NCBI GenBank assembly: GCA_030324005.1
Contig: JARDVH010000031.1
Coordinates: 51,996,501-52,060,500 of the forward strand
Direction: 5' to 3'
DNA: 64,000 nt
Source of the DNA: Negaprion brevirostris
Taxonomy: Eukaryota
The notes beneath the pieces were generated by a model. That model saw only the letters and a list, made by a program, of their open reading frames with translations, had not been told where the DNA came from and did no database searches. Position 1 is the first letter of the stretch; every line of letters begins with the position of its first letter. Below are positions 26,365 to 38,944 of the stretch, in pieces. The translations under genes were made by a program, and so were the position numbers.

Positions 26365-26480
26365 CTGGAAAGAATATTTGCCCAGTAAATTCAGCAGGTC
26401 TAAACAAACAATCCAAAAATCTGTAACCTTTTTGTGCAATAGGTGCCAATCCCAATGAACAATTGTTTTCAAGTACTTAC

Positions 26481-26573
26481 CTTGTTGTTTTCTAGCTTCT
26501 TTAGCTTTCTGTGCCAATGCTTGCTTTTCAAGTTTCTGCATCATCTTTAATTCTGCTGCTTTCCTTGCATATG
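26481..26573 (-). CDS. BAZ2B: BAZ2B exon (93 nt): (A)YARKAAELKMMQKLEKQALAQKAKEARKQQ
   Basis: ttttcag acceptor, AAG|gtaagt donor, phase 1-1; flanked by 79- and 116-nt introns. Confidence 0.95.
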
Positions 26574-26652
26574 CTGAAAACATTTCACAATAAAATTCAA
26601 GTAATTGGCTTTTGATAATGAAATGTAATGCATCCAGTTTATATATGCTTAC

Positions 26653-26863
26653 CTTGAGCTTCCAATTTTCTTAACAGTTTTGCATCACTGTTCTTTTGAA
26701 AATCTGGTCTTGCAATATTTGGTGGCCTGCCTTTACGACGTCTCATTTTAGATTCGTCTCTAGCGCGTTGCTTTTCTGGATTTGGTGGACGACCTCTCCG
26801 TCCTTCCATTGCCTTTATTTTTGGCAATATTTCCTCATTTTTTAAATGGCACCACTGCATACC
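26653..26863 (-). CDS. BAZ2B: BAZ2B exon (211 nt), end of MBD/TAM plus two AT-hook-like GRPP motifs
   Basis: GMQWCHLKNEEILPKIKAMEGRRGRPPNPEKQRARDESKMRRRKGRPPN...KLEAQ; atttcag acceptor, AAG|gtaagc donor. Confidence 0.97.
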
Positions 26864-27537
26864 CTGAAATGATGTTTTACAGAACTTTTTTACATTAGTC
26901 TAAACTGAAATTTTTTTAATAATAGTTTTAAATTAAAGCTCATGTACAACATAGCTAAATTGTTCACTTTTATTAATACAGTATTCTTCATTCTTTCAAT
27001 TACATAATACTTCATAAGTCATTCATAGGTTGATTTGTATCACAAGCAAAATTATTTGGGGTGACTACCCCTATGGGCAGTTTAAATCCTGAAACCGCAG
27101 AACTTATTTCTCAAATATGTATGCTATCTGATTATTTGAATTTCTTTTGTTCCAAATAGAATACTTTGTGACATTTTGCATAACTCAGGATAATTATGAT
27201 ATCTTCATGGGGAAAGGTATTTTCCACTCCTTTATTAAAAATTATTTCCATAATAACTAATTCTACGAAGAAAAGTGAATCTGCCGTACTCAGGTTTTCC
27301 AATAAATCTAAAGGGATTGCCAAGTACAAAACTGATGTATACTAAACCAATCTCTAGAGGTTATGCAAGGCAATACTACTGGGAATAAAAAAAAACTGTC
27401 AAATTAGTATCATTGAGGTGGTATTGTGTATGTCTCACAGCTGAAGATAATGTTCAAAGCATCATGCTAAAATACACCTGTTTGCACCCTATTTCAATTG
27501 GCGCTTGGTAAAAGTACAAGGATTCAAGAAAAACAAA

Positions 27538-27918
27538 GAACTTGCATTTATGCAGTACCTTTTAGGAAGTCTAACAAAGCTTTACAGCCAATTAATCACT
27601 TCAGAAGTGCAAACACCGTTGTGACGTATGCATAAACATTCACAGTAAAATCACACAACCAGCAGTGAGATAATAGCAAATTACTTCACCTTTTGGTGTT
27701 AGTGAAGGGATAATTGTCGGCCTGGGAATTTTGAGAATCCATCATGCACTTCATAAAATTTTTAATAGACAAGCCTCAAATCAACACTTATCTGGAAGAT
27801 TACATTACCAACAACGTGCCATTCCCTTAGTACTGCTTAGAGTCAACCTAGACTTTGTGGGGTTTGCACATATGACTTTGGAATCAGAATCTTAAGAGTT
27901 ACCATTGAGACAAGCTGA
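27538..27918 (-). mobile_element. Old Deu-domain (SacSINE1/AmnSINE1-like) SINE
   Basis: aacttgcatttat..ag..ccttt tail, cccttagtactgc...agtcaacctaga core and a decayed tRNA-like head at the right; heavily diverged. Confidence 0.6.
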
Positions 27919-28785
27919 TATTCATTAAAATTAAGCATTTACAATAATACCTGCCTATTCTTAGCTACACAAATGACCTAAAATTAGAGGGGCAATATTA
28001 GGATCACAACAAATACGGTAGGCAATTAAAAATGAACAGGAAAAGATTTTCTATCTCGTATGGGCACATCAGTTTGATGAATATTCTTTGTAACATTTCA
28101 AACAATGAAAGCCTGGAGTTAAAAAAAGGAAATTCAGCTATGATGCATTCCTGAGTGATTGCCATCCTCATCCAAAATAATGGTCAAAAGTTATTGCTTC
28201 AAATGAAATTTGGAGTTGTAAATCTCGTTTGTATAGAATTAATGATACAAGTATTACAATTATTTAATTTGGTCTATGCAAGTCACACGTCAACAAAGAT
28301 GATACTGCATTGCCGAAGTTTCCTCTTTCCCACAATATGTTGTTAAGGCACTGATTTCATGTTGGGAAGAGTTTATAGACACTAGCCATGCTCACTTACC
28401 TTGCTCAAGCAAGCNNNNNNNNNNAGCAACTTCAATACATACTAGCCAGGAGGAGGCCTCAATATAACCCTCTCCATCCTGACATGCGTAGCTCCATGAG
28501 CAGGAGTCAGTGGATATCAAAAAGCAGGAAAGCTTGGACATTTTTCTCTATCTACAACTAACAGGTGGTGAGTATGCTTGACTATCCCGCTCTGGTTGAC
28601 ATTGGCAAACAGCATAAACCAGAGACCAAAACAGAGATAATCCTGATTTGTATTTCTCAGTCCCCTGCCATGAAGTCCACTGGCCCTCTGGTCTAGGGAG
28701 GAGACCATCTAAGATTCACAGTTAATGAAAACCAAATTCATGATAAATGTCAACAGTAATGATCTGTAATTAAAACCAGCATTAC

Positions 28786-28887
28786 CTCAGGCCCATCTCT
28801 GGCTTCATAGAAGTCACCAACCTTCATTTTTGAACTGAAGCTAAAATTATCTCTAGTGATGTCTGTTATTCCATTCCTAGTAAGGTA
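28786..28887 (-). CDS. BAZ2B: BAZ2B exon (102 nt), MBD/TAM: YLTRNGITDITRDNFSFSSKMKVGDFYEARDGPE
   Basis: tttcttatag acceptor, GAG|gtaatg donor, phase 0-0. Confidence 0.97.
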
Positions 28888-30419
28888 CTATAAGAAAGAA
28901 AATAAGTGAAAGAATATTTATAAATCAGCAGCAAGTATTTTTACTGATTGTTTAAATATTTACAATATTACATAAATACATTTAAATCTGAAGTGATACT
29001 AACAAATCTTTTAATGGGATTGCACATGGTGAATGATTGGGTACATTTTTTAAACAATGGGGCAATATCCATTAAGTGTGACAGGGAAAGTGTTACAGGG
29101 CTAAGCATGGAACTTACAGGAAATAAATGTGATAGCTACAAGCTATGTGTACAGGAGATGCTCAATAAAAATATCTTTTATAAGTAACAACAGATCTCTC
29201 ACTGTAGTGTTTAGAATGAATCAAAGATATCATTTTATGACAATCCAATTTTTCATGCCATTTATAGAACAAAATATTTCCCACTAACTTGCAGTGCGTA
29301 AATAAAGAAATTCCACTGCATTAAATAGTATTCTGAATGTTTAATGATGTTGCTGGAATGTAATTCCACAACAATGTCCATTATTCTGCAAAAACCATAA
29401 AAGAAAAACTCTCAAGTTACAGGTGGCTGATATTTACCATTACTGGAGAAAATAGGGTTTCAAACATTTGGGGATATCTTAAATTTTGGAAGTAATACGG
29501 ATAGTCACAGATTGTAGTAACTGCACTTAGATTAAAAATAAAACATTAAACTTGGAGTTGACTATATACTGTTGCTGATATTTGACAGCATGCATGGATG
29601 TGGGGGTCTATTGATTTGTATCTATGGAAGAGAGCCCTGAATTTTAAGAGAANNNNNNNNNNNNNNNNNNNNNNNNNNNNNNNNNNNNNNNNNNNNNNNN
29701 NNNNNNNNNNNNNNNNNNNNNNNNNNNNNNNNNNNNNNNNNNNNNNNNNNNNGAAGAGAGCCCTGAATTTTAAGAGAAAAGGGAATGTAAACTTCAGAGC
29801 AGCAGTAGATATTTAGGCCTCAATTTTAACAGTATAAGTGTGTTCGTTTTGACTGAGTGAAAATTTTGCCCATATTATTGACCTGTAATGAGGGAAGAGT
29901 GAACTAGTATGAGGGTATAAGTGTCAGGGCAATGTACATACGTCACATTTAATCTGCCTGTGCCATTGCTGTAGAAAAGTTATCAATGCTAAGATAAGGC
30001 ATTGTGTGAGAGTGATTTATAGGGAAAAAGGGAACAACAGTACCAGTTCAGTGGCAAAATTGGCCGACGTTATCACTTAACATTGCAATCCAATTAGACC
30101 ACTGCCTACTTGCATTACAAGCAATTGTTACAAGTTAGTGAGCACATTTTAACATCGGAATCCCATTAGAATTGGTAAATCATGATGTAGGAAATGTGAG
30201 TTCATGGAAAGAAGGTGGATGTCATACAAAATATTGAATACTAAAGCAAAAGCAAATAAAATGTTAAAATCAATACAACTCATTAAATCCCAACAATATA
30301 TCACAGTTAATTGAAAAGTAATTAATTTTACCTGCAAATTACAATTCTTCTTAAGTATGTTTCAGATTCAACAAGATTTGGGAGAACATAATTTTGTGAA
30401 ATTATGACTCAGCAATTAC

Positions 30420-30528
30420 CTTGATTACTTCAGGGTACTGACGAAGTTTCTTCCCACAAGGAGCATAATAAATCACCTCACCCTGGAGACGGCCACCAAC
30501 AGTCTTAATTCTGGTCTCTCTCTGCCAC
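30420..30528 (-). CDS. BAZ2B: BAZ2B exon (109 nt), MBD/TAM: WQRETRIKTVGGRLQGEVIYYAPCGKKLRQYPEVIK
   Basis: gattag acceptor, AAG|gtaatt donor, phase 2-0; MBD signature. Confidence 0.97.
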
Positions 30529-30959
30529 CTAATCGACAAAGAATCCCATTAATTTCAAGTGATAAAGGACAACATTAATCAGATTCCCTACTGCGTTTTA
30601 ATTTTAATTAGCATAATTAGTGTTTGTGACAGTAATATTTAATACTAGCAGAAACCAGCAAGACATTTGTGGCCACGTCAGTAACTTTATTGCAATAGTA
30701 CTTTTTGATATAAACAAGTCAAAGCTTCATAGCTACATGATAACTGCTCCTTCCTTGAATTGAATTTTGTGCAGTGGCACGGCCATTGGAATTAGCTCTG
30801 GAGGGTATAGACCATTATCATCTTCATCTATAGAATCAATGCGGCTGTATTCCTATAATTCACACTACAGCTTCTGTGAGACTTTTTTTTAATTCAAATC
30901 TAGCAAATCTCAATTTTCGACACAAAATTAGCTCCTGAATAAGGCAAAGCCTGATCACA

Positions 30960-32228
30960 GGTAGTCAGCTTGGTTTCACCAAAGAGAGGTCATGCTGAAC
31001 AAATTTGACTGAATTTTTTGAGGAGTGACCAGGGTGTAGACGAGGGCAGTGCAGTTGATGCAGTTTATACAGATTTCAGCAAAGCCTTTGACAAGATCCC
31101 ACGTGGGAGATCTGTAAGGAAGGTAAATTCACATGGCATACAGGGTAATTTGATGAAGTGGATTCAAAATTGGCAAAGTTGTAGGATGCAGAAGGTGATG
31201 ACTGAAGGCTCTTTAGTGACTGAAAGCCAGCGTCCAGTGGCTTACCACAGGGAACTGTGCTAGGCTCCCTATTATTCATCATTTATATAAATAACATTGA
31301 TAACTATGGGAGAGGTAGGATTAGTAAGTTTGCAGTTGCCAGAACGATCGGACAGGTGGTTAACAGTGAGGCAGAGTATCTTGGGCTACTTGAAGATATA
31401 GATAGAATGGTCAAATGGGCACATAAGAGGCAGATGGAATTTAACCCTGAAAAGTGAGAGGTGATACGTTTTGGAAGGAGTTTGAAATTTGAAAAGAAAG
31501 TATTCAATGAATGTTATGACACTAGGAAGTTCTGTGGAACAGAGGGACTTTGGCATTTCTGAAAGCAGAAGGCATGTTAGTAGGATGGTGAAAAGAGCAG
31601 ATGGGATTTTTGTCTTTATCAATCAAGGCATAGATTACAAAAGTGGGGAAGTTATGTTGGAATTGTATAGGACTTTGGTGAGACCACAGCTAGAGAACTG
31701 TGTGCAGTTCTGGTCGCAATATTATTGGAAGGATGTGGTTGCACTGGAAGAGGTGCAGAGGAGATGTACCACGATGCTGCCTGGGATGAAAAATTTAAGT
31801 TAAGAAGAGAGCTTGCGTAAGCTTGGGTTGTTTTCATTGGAGCAGAGAAGACTGAAGGGCAACCTGATCGAGGTGCATAAGATTGAGAGACATGGACAGA
31901 GTGGATAAGGAAGTGCTTTGCTCTTTAGTTGAAGGGTCAGTCACAAGGGGACGTAGGTTCAAGGCGAGGGGCAGGAGGTTTAGGTGGGATATGAAGAAAA
32001 ACCTTTTTACCTAGAGGGTGATGACAATCTGGAATGCACTGCCTGGAAGGATGGTAGAGGTGGGTTATCTCACATCCTTTAAAAAATATCTGGTGAGCAC
32101 CTGGCACATCATAACATTCAGGGCTAAGGGCCAAGTGCTGGCAGATGGGATTAGGTGGGAGTTCAGGGGCTTCTAATGTGTCAATGGGCCAAAGGGCCTC
32201 TTCTGCACTGTATGGTTCTATAATTCTA
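30960..32228 (+). mobile_element. CR1-type LINE, 5'-truncated RT with frameshifts and intact 3' tail
   Basis: ORFs contain VDAVYTDFSKAFDKIP, LGSLLFIIYINNID and YRTLVRPQLENCVQFWS; tail gggccaaagggcctcttctgcactgtatggttct. Confidence 0.93.
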
Positions 32229-32299
32229 AGTCTCTTCTGCACCCTCTCCATGTTGCTGACATATGTTCTGTGGTAATGAACTCAAAACTGTGGACATAA

Positions 32300-33775
32300 T
32301 AATCTCAGTGGTGGGAAAGCTTTTCGGACCAATAATCTGGAACAAAATTAACAGTCACTTGGACAAGTGTGGATTAATCTAGAAAGGCCAGAACAGGTTT
32401 GTCAAAAGCAAATCATGTTTAACTCAGTTGATTTCACTTTTTTGATGAGGTAACAGAAGGGATCATGAGGATAACGCCATTGATATGGTGTATGTTAGCT
32501 TCCAAAAGGTGTTTAATAAAGTGCTAAATAATAGGTTTGTCATCAAAACTGAAGCCCATGGAATAAAAGGGACAATGGAAATATGGACCTGAAGTTGGCT
32601 AAGTGACAGGAAACATTGTGTAGCAGTTAACAGTTGTATCAAGACTGGAGAAAGGTAGAGGTCGGTACTAGAATTGTTTTTCATGATTCATATTAATGAT
32701 TAGACTTGGGTAAACAGAGCACAATTCTGAAATTTGTAAGTATTCTCATGTGTAAGAAGGGTAGTTATACACTTCAAGGGGGCATAGACAGGTTGGTGGA
32801 ATGGACAGACACATGGCAAATGAAATGTAATGCAGAGAAGGTTTAGTTTGGTAGGAAGGAGGAGTGTTAATATAAAATAAAGGGTACAATTCTAAAGGGA
32901 ATGCAGGAACAGACAGGTGTATGTGCACAAATTGTTAGTGGCAGAACAGGTTTAAAAAGTGGCTGAAAATGTAGATAGAATAAATAGAGGAAAAAAAATA
33001 CTAAAGCAAGGTGGTTATGATGAACTTTTAAAGAAAACAGTTTCAGACTCAATTGCACAACTGCGTCCAATTTTAGACAAGCAGTTAAGAAAGAATGTGA
33101 AGACATTAGCGTGGGTACAGAGAAGATTTGCAAGAAAAAGAAGATAAGAAATAGGAGCAAGAATAGACCATACAAACCTTAAAGCCAGCTTCATCCTTCA
33201 ACAAAATCATGGTTGATCTTCAGCCTAAACTCCACTTTCTCAACTGTTCCCCATATTCCTCAATTCCCTGAGATCAAAAGTCTATCTCAGTCTGACATGT
33301 GAGCGATGATAAAGCATTCACAACCCTTTGCAAAAAAAAGCTAAAAAAATTCCCAAACCTTTGAGGGAAGAGATTTTTCACCTCGGCCCTGAGACCACTG
33401 CCCTTATGTCCTAGGTTCCCCATCTCTGTGTCTACCCTGACAAGCTCCTTCAGAATCTTGTACTCAATTGCAGGAATGATTGAAATACTTCAGAGAACAC
33501 CAATTTAAGAAGATTGGCTTAAGAACTGACAGTGACATGAAGAAAAACTCTTTTGCACAGCTAGCAGTTAAATGGGGAATGCTCTGCCTATGAGGGTGAA
33601 GAAGTAGTAGATTCAATCATGGCTTCAAAAGTGAATTGGATCAGCACTTGAAGAGAAAAGAATTCCAGGGCTGCAGGAAAAGGGCAGAGCAATAGGACTA
33701 GCTATGTTGTTCAGAGAGACACAGCCATGATGGACCAACCCTCTGCTTTCTGTGGTGTATCATTCTACATTTTAA
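32300..33775 (+). mobile_element. Decayed CR1-type LINE with an antisense CR1 3' fragment nested at ~33145-33465
   Basis: Remnants aaatcatgtttaact, ttccaaaaggtgtttaataaagtg and gggtacagagaagattt; the element resumes after the nested piece. Confidence 0.75.
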
Positions 33776-34813
33776 ATGCAGCCAAACCAATTATTTGTAT
33801 TGATTTAGCACTTGTTTTGCTTTTGTACTCGATGCCCCACTCTACCATTCCCCCCTCCATAGCTGTCTCCTAATTAACACCCTTCCACTTTCAAGGTATG
33901 TGCAACTGAAATCTCCAGTATTCTGCACAATTACCCCGTTAAAATTTTACAATTTCATGCATATGTCCCTTCCTTATTCTTCCTCCCAAAATACATTACC
34001 TCATATTGCTCCACTTTAATTGACATCTAATTTCTATCTACATGATGATTTGAAATTTCATTTTAATTCCTTTATTCATCGCCAAGTCACTCTGGCTTAT
34101 GGTGCATCACCTTTGCTGCTTTTTGTATCTGAATCACTTCTTGTTTGAATATTTATTTGGTTCTAAAATCTGTTACAAAGATTAAACAGTGGACAAATGG
34201 AAAATAAATGAGATGGGAGGTCAAGTAAAGCAGAACACTCTCATAACCAATTCATAAGCATTAGTGACTCCTTTGAAAGCAAATTCTTGAAAACAATACG
34301 TAGAGGAATTATATGTGATGGGAAGGTGAGAGTTGAAACATGACCTGTCTGTCGTACTGCAACAAAGATCATGCCTGGGAAATGCCCCAGATTGACTGCA
34401 GGTAACAAGATTGCAGCAGGGCAGTGAGGGAGGCATCTATATCATACTTTTCATGTTCTCTGGAGGTTTCCAAAGCATTTCAGAACAAATTATGGGACTT
34501 CTTAAGCAGAACCTTCTGCCTTTAAATAGNNNNNNNNNNNNNNNNNNNNNNNNNNNNNNNNNNNNNNNNNNNNNNNNNNNNNNNNNNAATCCTTTTATCA
34601 AATATTATAATCTATGGTAGAAATACATGCCAGGAAAACTACTCGCTCTCTTGCAATTAAAGAATTTTACAACAAGACCAGCTTGCTAAATGATTTTGTC
34701 CACCAAGTTTCTACTGTGACATTTGTATTTCAAGTCAGACTTGAGTTACAAACCAAATATTCAACTGTAATACAAATAAAATAAATGGAACTCATATTAT
34801 ATAAAATGATTAC

Positions 34814-34874
34814 CCATATTCCAAGGGAATACGCAGTTCTCTTTCATCCGTGACTCTTCTTCTTTTACCTGAAC
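34814..34874 (-). CDS. BAZ2B: BAZ2B exon (61 nt): (G)SGKRRRVTDERELRIPLEY(G)
   Basis: ttttatag acceptor, GG|gtaatc donor, phase 1-2; start of MBD/TAM. Confidence 0.97.
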
Positions 34875-36049
34875 CTATAAAATCAGAACTCAGGTGTTAT
34901 AAAAATGTCATTGGTGGACTAATAAACTTTACATGTAAACAAGACAATTTTGCAAGAAATAAAATGGCTACACAAATCCTGATGATGATCATGGTAAGCA
35001 GATGCAACTGTAAATCACTTCTAGAAGCCAATGTTTCTAAATCGATTCCACAATTTTAATTTCTTTTTCTCAAAACCTACCCTTTCAGAATTTCACAAGA
35101 TAAAGGTTTAATTTAATGTATACATCAGAAAGCAAGTTCTGCTATCAAGTGAATTATTAGCAATTATATATAGTTAGACAAAATGCACTGTAAACTAATT
35201 GAGGACAACTAGATCTCCTACGCCATTGCTGATTAATAACCTGCAATCTGGAGTATGGCTTCTGATGTTTAATGTGATCCCAACTGCAGCCGAGGTGCAA
35301 TAAGCACATTGTCCATCATTGCAAATAGGTAAATATAAGCAATATATCACGTATTAAACAATTTACTGATAGCCTCAGACATTGTATTCGTAATACAATT
35401 TTGACATGTCAAAATCTGAAGAAATGTGAAACTTCCTGTTTTCTCTCTGAAAATCCCTTAATTAACATTAATAAACACCTTTTGCTCTACCACCTATTAT
35501 TTGTTTAAAATACTTTATTCAGTCTTTTCTGCTTCCTCAAGATTCTTTTTTCCCCCAATTCTTTTTCTCACATTGCTTTCCCAAACCTTTCCTTTCTCAC
35601 AAGCAAAAGGTTCATTCAGAAAAGAAAATCACACCAAATCTGAAGTCACACCCACTCAGCCAGGAACGAGCGAGTACAATCAGACTGATTAAAGATTGAA
35701 ACAAACAACGATAAAACATACGCTTTTCTCTCTTATTTATCAACATCGACTTGTTCCTGAAGATTTTGGTGCTACAGTAACTTGACAGGAACCCCCACCC
35801 ACCCTCATTTGAGTCAATGACCAATTAGTCAGTTACCAAATTTATACAGCCTAGTCCAACCAAGACGTACAAGTTTAAAATCACTGCCTCATCATGCACC
35901 TTTAGGCCTGGTGTAAATAGTTCTACTACGCAACTCAAAATTTTACATCTCAAAATCACCACTTATACGCTTTTACAATAGCTCAAACCAAAAGAAAGCA
36001 ACCTTGATATGTTTTATTTTGCTTCATTATGGATGTCCCAATAATAAAG

Positions 36050-36395
36050 GGAGTAGGGGGTGTGAGTAGGGTTGGTGGCGTAATGACAAATAGGGTCCAG
36101 GTGAAGGCTGGGATGAAGGCACTTTATCTGAATGCACGAAGCATTCGGAATAAAGTGGATGAGNNNNNNNNNNNNNNNNNNNNNNNNNNNNNNNNNNNNN
36201 NNNNNNNNNNNNNNNNNNNNNNNNNNNNNNNNNNNNNNNNNNNNNNNNNNNNNNNNNNNNNNNGGGGATTAAGGGTTATGGGGAGAGGGCGGGAGTGTGG
36301 AACTGAGCCACGACAGATCAGCCATGATCTTATAGAATGGTGGGGCAGGCTCGAAGGGCTAGATGGCCTACTCCTGCTCCTATTTCTTATGTTTT
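36050..36395 (+). mobile_element. CR1-type LINE collapsed across an N gap (endonuclease start and 3' tail)
   Basis: KALYLNARSIRNKVDE (APE endonuclease N-terminus) before the gap; tail after the gap nearly identical to 9300-9368, suggesting a young family. Confidence 0.8.
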
Positions 36396-36869
36396 TATAT
36401 TATTTTCTGTTTCCTTCATGATCTGTTCTTTGTAAATGAACTGGCTGGTTGCCATGTTACCACATCACACTGAGGAAAGTGTATTTCCACAGAAGCAATG
36501 GTAAGCAACAGCTTTTATTGGGCATCAAAACATACACAAGAAATTTGTGAACACTCGCTGGAGATCACCAGCGTCAAAGGTGCAGTTGAATTTCCAATTT
36601 GGATTTAAAATAAAATTCAGGCCCCACATCCATATGAAATAAACAGTCATAAAAATATAAATTTAGTTATATACTGCAAGCTTAACAGGGAAAATGTTGG
36701 GCAAAGACTGTATGCAGAGCTTAATTCAAGAATTTTTTTTGTCTGAGATAGATACTCGATTAGAAAAATGTGAACAATATGCTTGAACAAGTATGTGACA
36801 TAGGTTAACTGCTGGTTAGAAACTTACATATTGAGTGACAACGATTTCTGATTGCTTCACTGAACTGAA

Positions 36870-37440
36870 CTAGCCAAATAAACATTGTGGCTACAAGAGC
36901 ACATTATGGGCTGAGTATTAAGTAACTTATCTCCTAACCCTTGAAAGCCTGTCCACCATCTATAAGACAAAAGTCAGAAGTATAATGCACTCAAAAAGCC
37001 AGGCACCATCCAGAATAAAGCAGTCTGTTTGACTGGCATCCCATAAACCATTCACTTCAGCCAGCAGAGGCACACCATGGCTTTAGATTGTACCATTTCC
37101 AAGATGCACAGCAGCAACCCATCAAAGCTCTTTTGACAGCACTATTAAACCTCTGACCACCACCATCTAGAAGGACAAGGGCAGCAGGCACATGGGAACA
37201 CCACAACTTGCAAGTTCCCCTTGAAATTGCACAGTGAAATACATTGGCAATAGTGAAAGAATGCTGAAGTATTGGAATTGTCCTGCCCCCACGAAGCTAC
37301 ATCCCCACCCTACCTCCCCCAACCAACTGCCCAACAGTACAGTGGGTATACCTACACCATGTGGAATGACATGATTTGCCATTACGCTCTCAAGGGCATT
37401 TAGGGATGAGCAGTAAGTGCCTTCCCAGCAATGCTCCCTC
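36870..37440 (+). mobile_element. Decayed LINE 3' fragment, same family as 19250-19510/19925-20165
   Basis: ccaccatctataag.ca, gggaacaccacaacttgcaagttcccc and caagggcatttagggatgagca are shared with the 19-20 kb copy. Confidence 0.65.
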
Positions 37441-38279
37441 TAATTCTCTTTTGTTGCANNNNNNNNNNNNNNNNNNNNNNNNNNNNNNNNNNNNNNNNNN
37501 NNNNNNNNNNNNNNNNNNNNNNNNNNNNNNNNNNNNNNNNNNNNNNNNNNNNNNNNNNGTTGCACACGCGCTCTCCATTTAAATAGGAGTGTTATTTAAT
37601 TGTTTTTGCAATTACAATGATGTGCAACTCTCAGATTAGGAATTGCATTATTTGAAAAACTGCTTGAACGTCTGATTTCCGTCCGACATTAAAATTAGCA
37701 ACTGAGTTATGAAGTGGAGAATTCAGATTAAAAACTGAAATTTGTGATTTTTGGTGGAAGGCTTTTTTATCCTCTTAGACTTAAGACGATGCAGGCAGCT
37801 ATTGTCACTTTTGTTACTTGGTTTCAGTGTGTGTAAGAATCAACCACATAGTGAAGGGCCAGGGGTGGTTAGTATACCTGGTTGCATTCTTCAAATCAGT
37901 TGCGTTTATGGTGAAAATCTAACAACTTTCTATGTAATTTTTTTTCTTGCCCTCACCAACAAATTACCAGATTAATCAAATTAATTTTCACAACTTGCTA
38001 GTTCTGAGTTTGTGATATTTGAGTTGCTAGCCCAGTACCATTACATAAGTTAACAAGTCTTGAAGAACAAATGTAGTTGATAATCCATTTTTCCTCTTAA
38101 ACAACAGAAAAGAACATAGAAATTTTAATAAGGTTATCTTGATAAATGAAACATAAGCATCTTGCAATGAATTCTGTCTTAAATTCCTTATTATGTTCAC
38201 AATATACTGTATTCTTATGTTCAATTTGACAAAATCCTCCCAGTCCTTTGAGACTTGCATAACCAATTCCAGCTACAAT

Positions 38280-38507
38280 AGCCACCAACTGCACCTGCGA
38301 CACGAGCCGCCAANNNNNNNNNNNNNNNNNNNNNNNNNNNNNNNNNNNNNNNNNNNNNNNNNNNNNNNNNNNNNNNNNNNNNNNNNNNNNNNNNNNNNNN
38401 NNNNNNNNNNNNNCGAGCCGCCAAAAGCGTTTAGAACATGAGCTGCCAACCAACCACACCTGGGACATGAGCCGCCAGCCACACCTCGGGTACTAAGCTG
38501 CCAACCT
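38280..38507. repeat. Minisatellite (~25-29 bp unit, gagc(c/t)gcca..c(c)acacct.gg.ac), interrupted by an N gap
   Basis: Repeated gagccgccaa / gagctgccaa / gagccgccag / aagctgccaa cores on both sides of the gap. Confidence 0.75.
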
Positions 38508-38944
38508 CAACTGATTTGTTTCATAATATTTTTGGGGTTGAAAATTGTAAAGCTATTTTAAAGGTAAACAAAATTTTGTTTAAAAGAACAGAATGGAGGA
38601 GAGAACGATGCCTATATTCAAACAAATGTCCACGAGCATGCAGAATGTAGGTGCTAGACTTTCGAAGGAGAACATAACATTCCTACAAACTTTGTATTTG
38701 CAACAATTGTATGTATTAAAACTGTCTCTTTAATTTAGGGAAAAATGGAGGAATGAAGGGGTTTGTGCCTGTTCTGAATTCTGCCAAACAACTAACCTGG
38801 GTGGCCTGGTTGTTAAGGGGGGCCCAGGTTGTTCTACTCTTGGAAAAAAGATGCAATATATTCACACCTGTAGTCAGTGGCAAGTGCACTTGTGTTGGCT
38901 GTAGATAGACAATTGGTCTTCAGGTCTGAGGTGTGATGAATGTC

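Noticed and set aside
29627-29778. Identical 26-bp direct repeat gaagagagccctgaattttaagagaa on both sides of an N gap
   Set aside because: Most likely unmerged contig overlap. A TSD around an unassembled insertion cannot be excluded, but nothing supports it.
38280-38507. Repeat-spacer-like pattern suggestive of CRISPR
   Set aside because: The intervening segments resemble each other, there are no cas genes, and the context is a vertebrate intron; it is a minisatellite.
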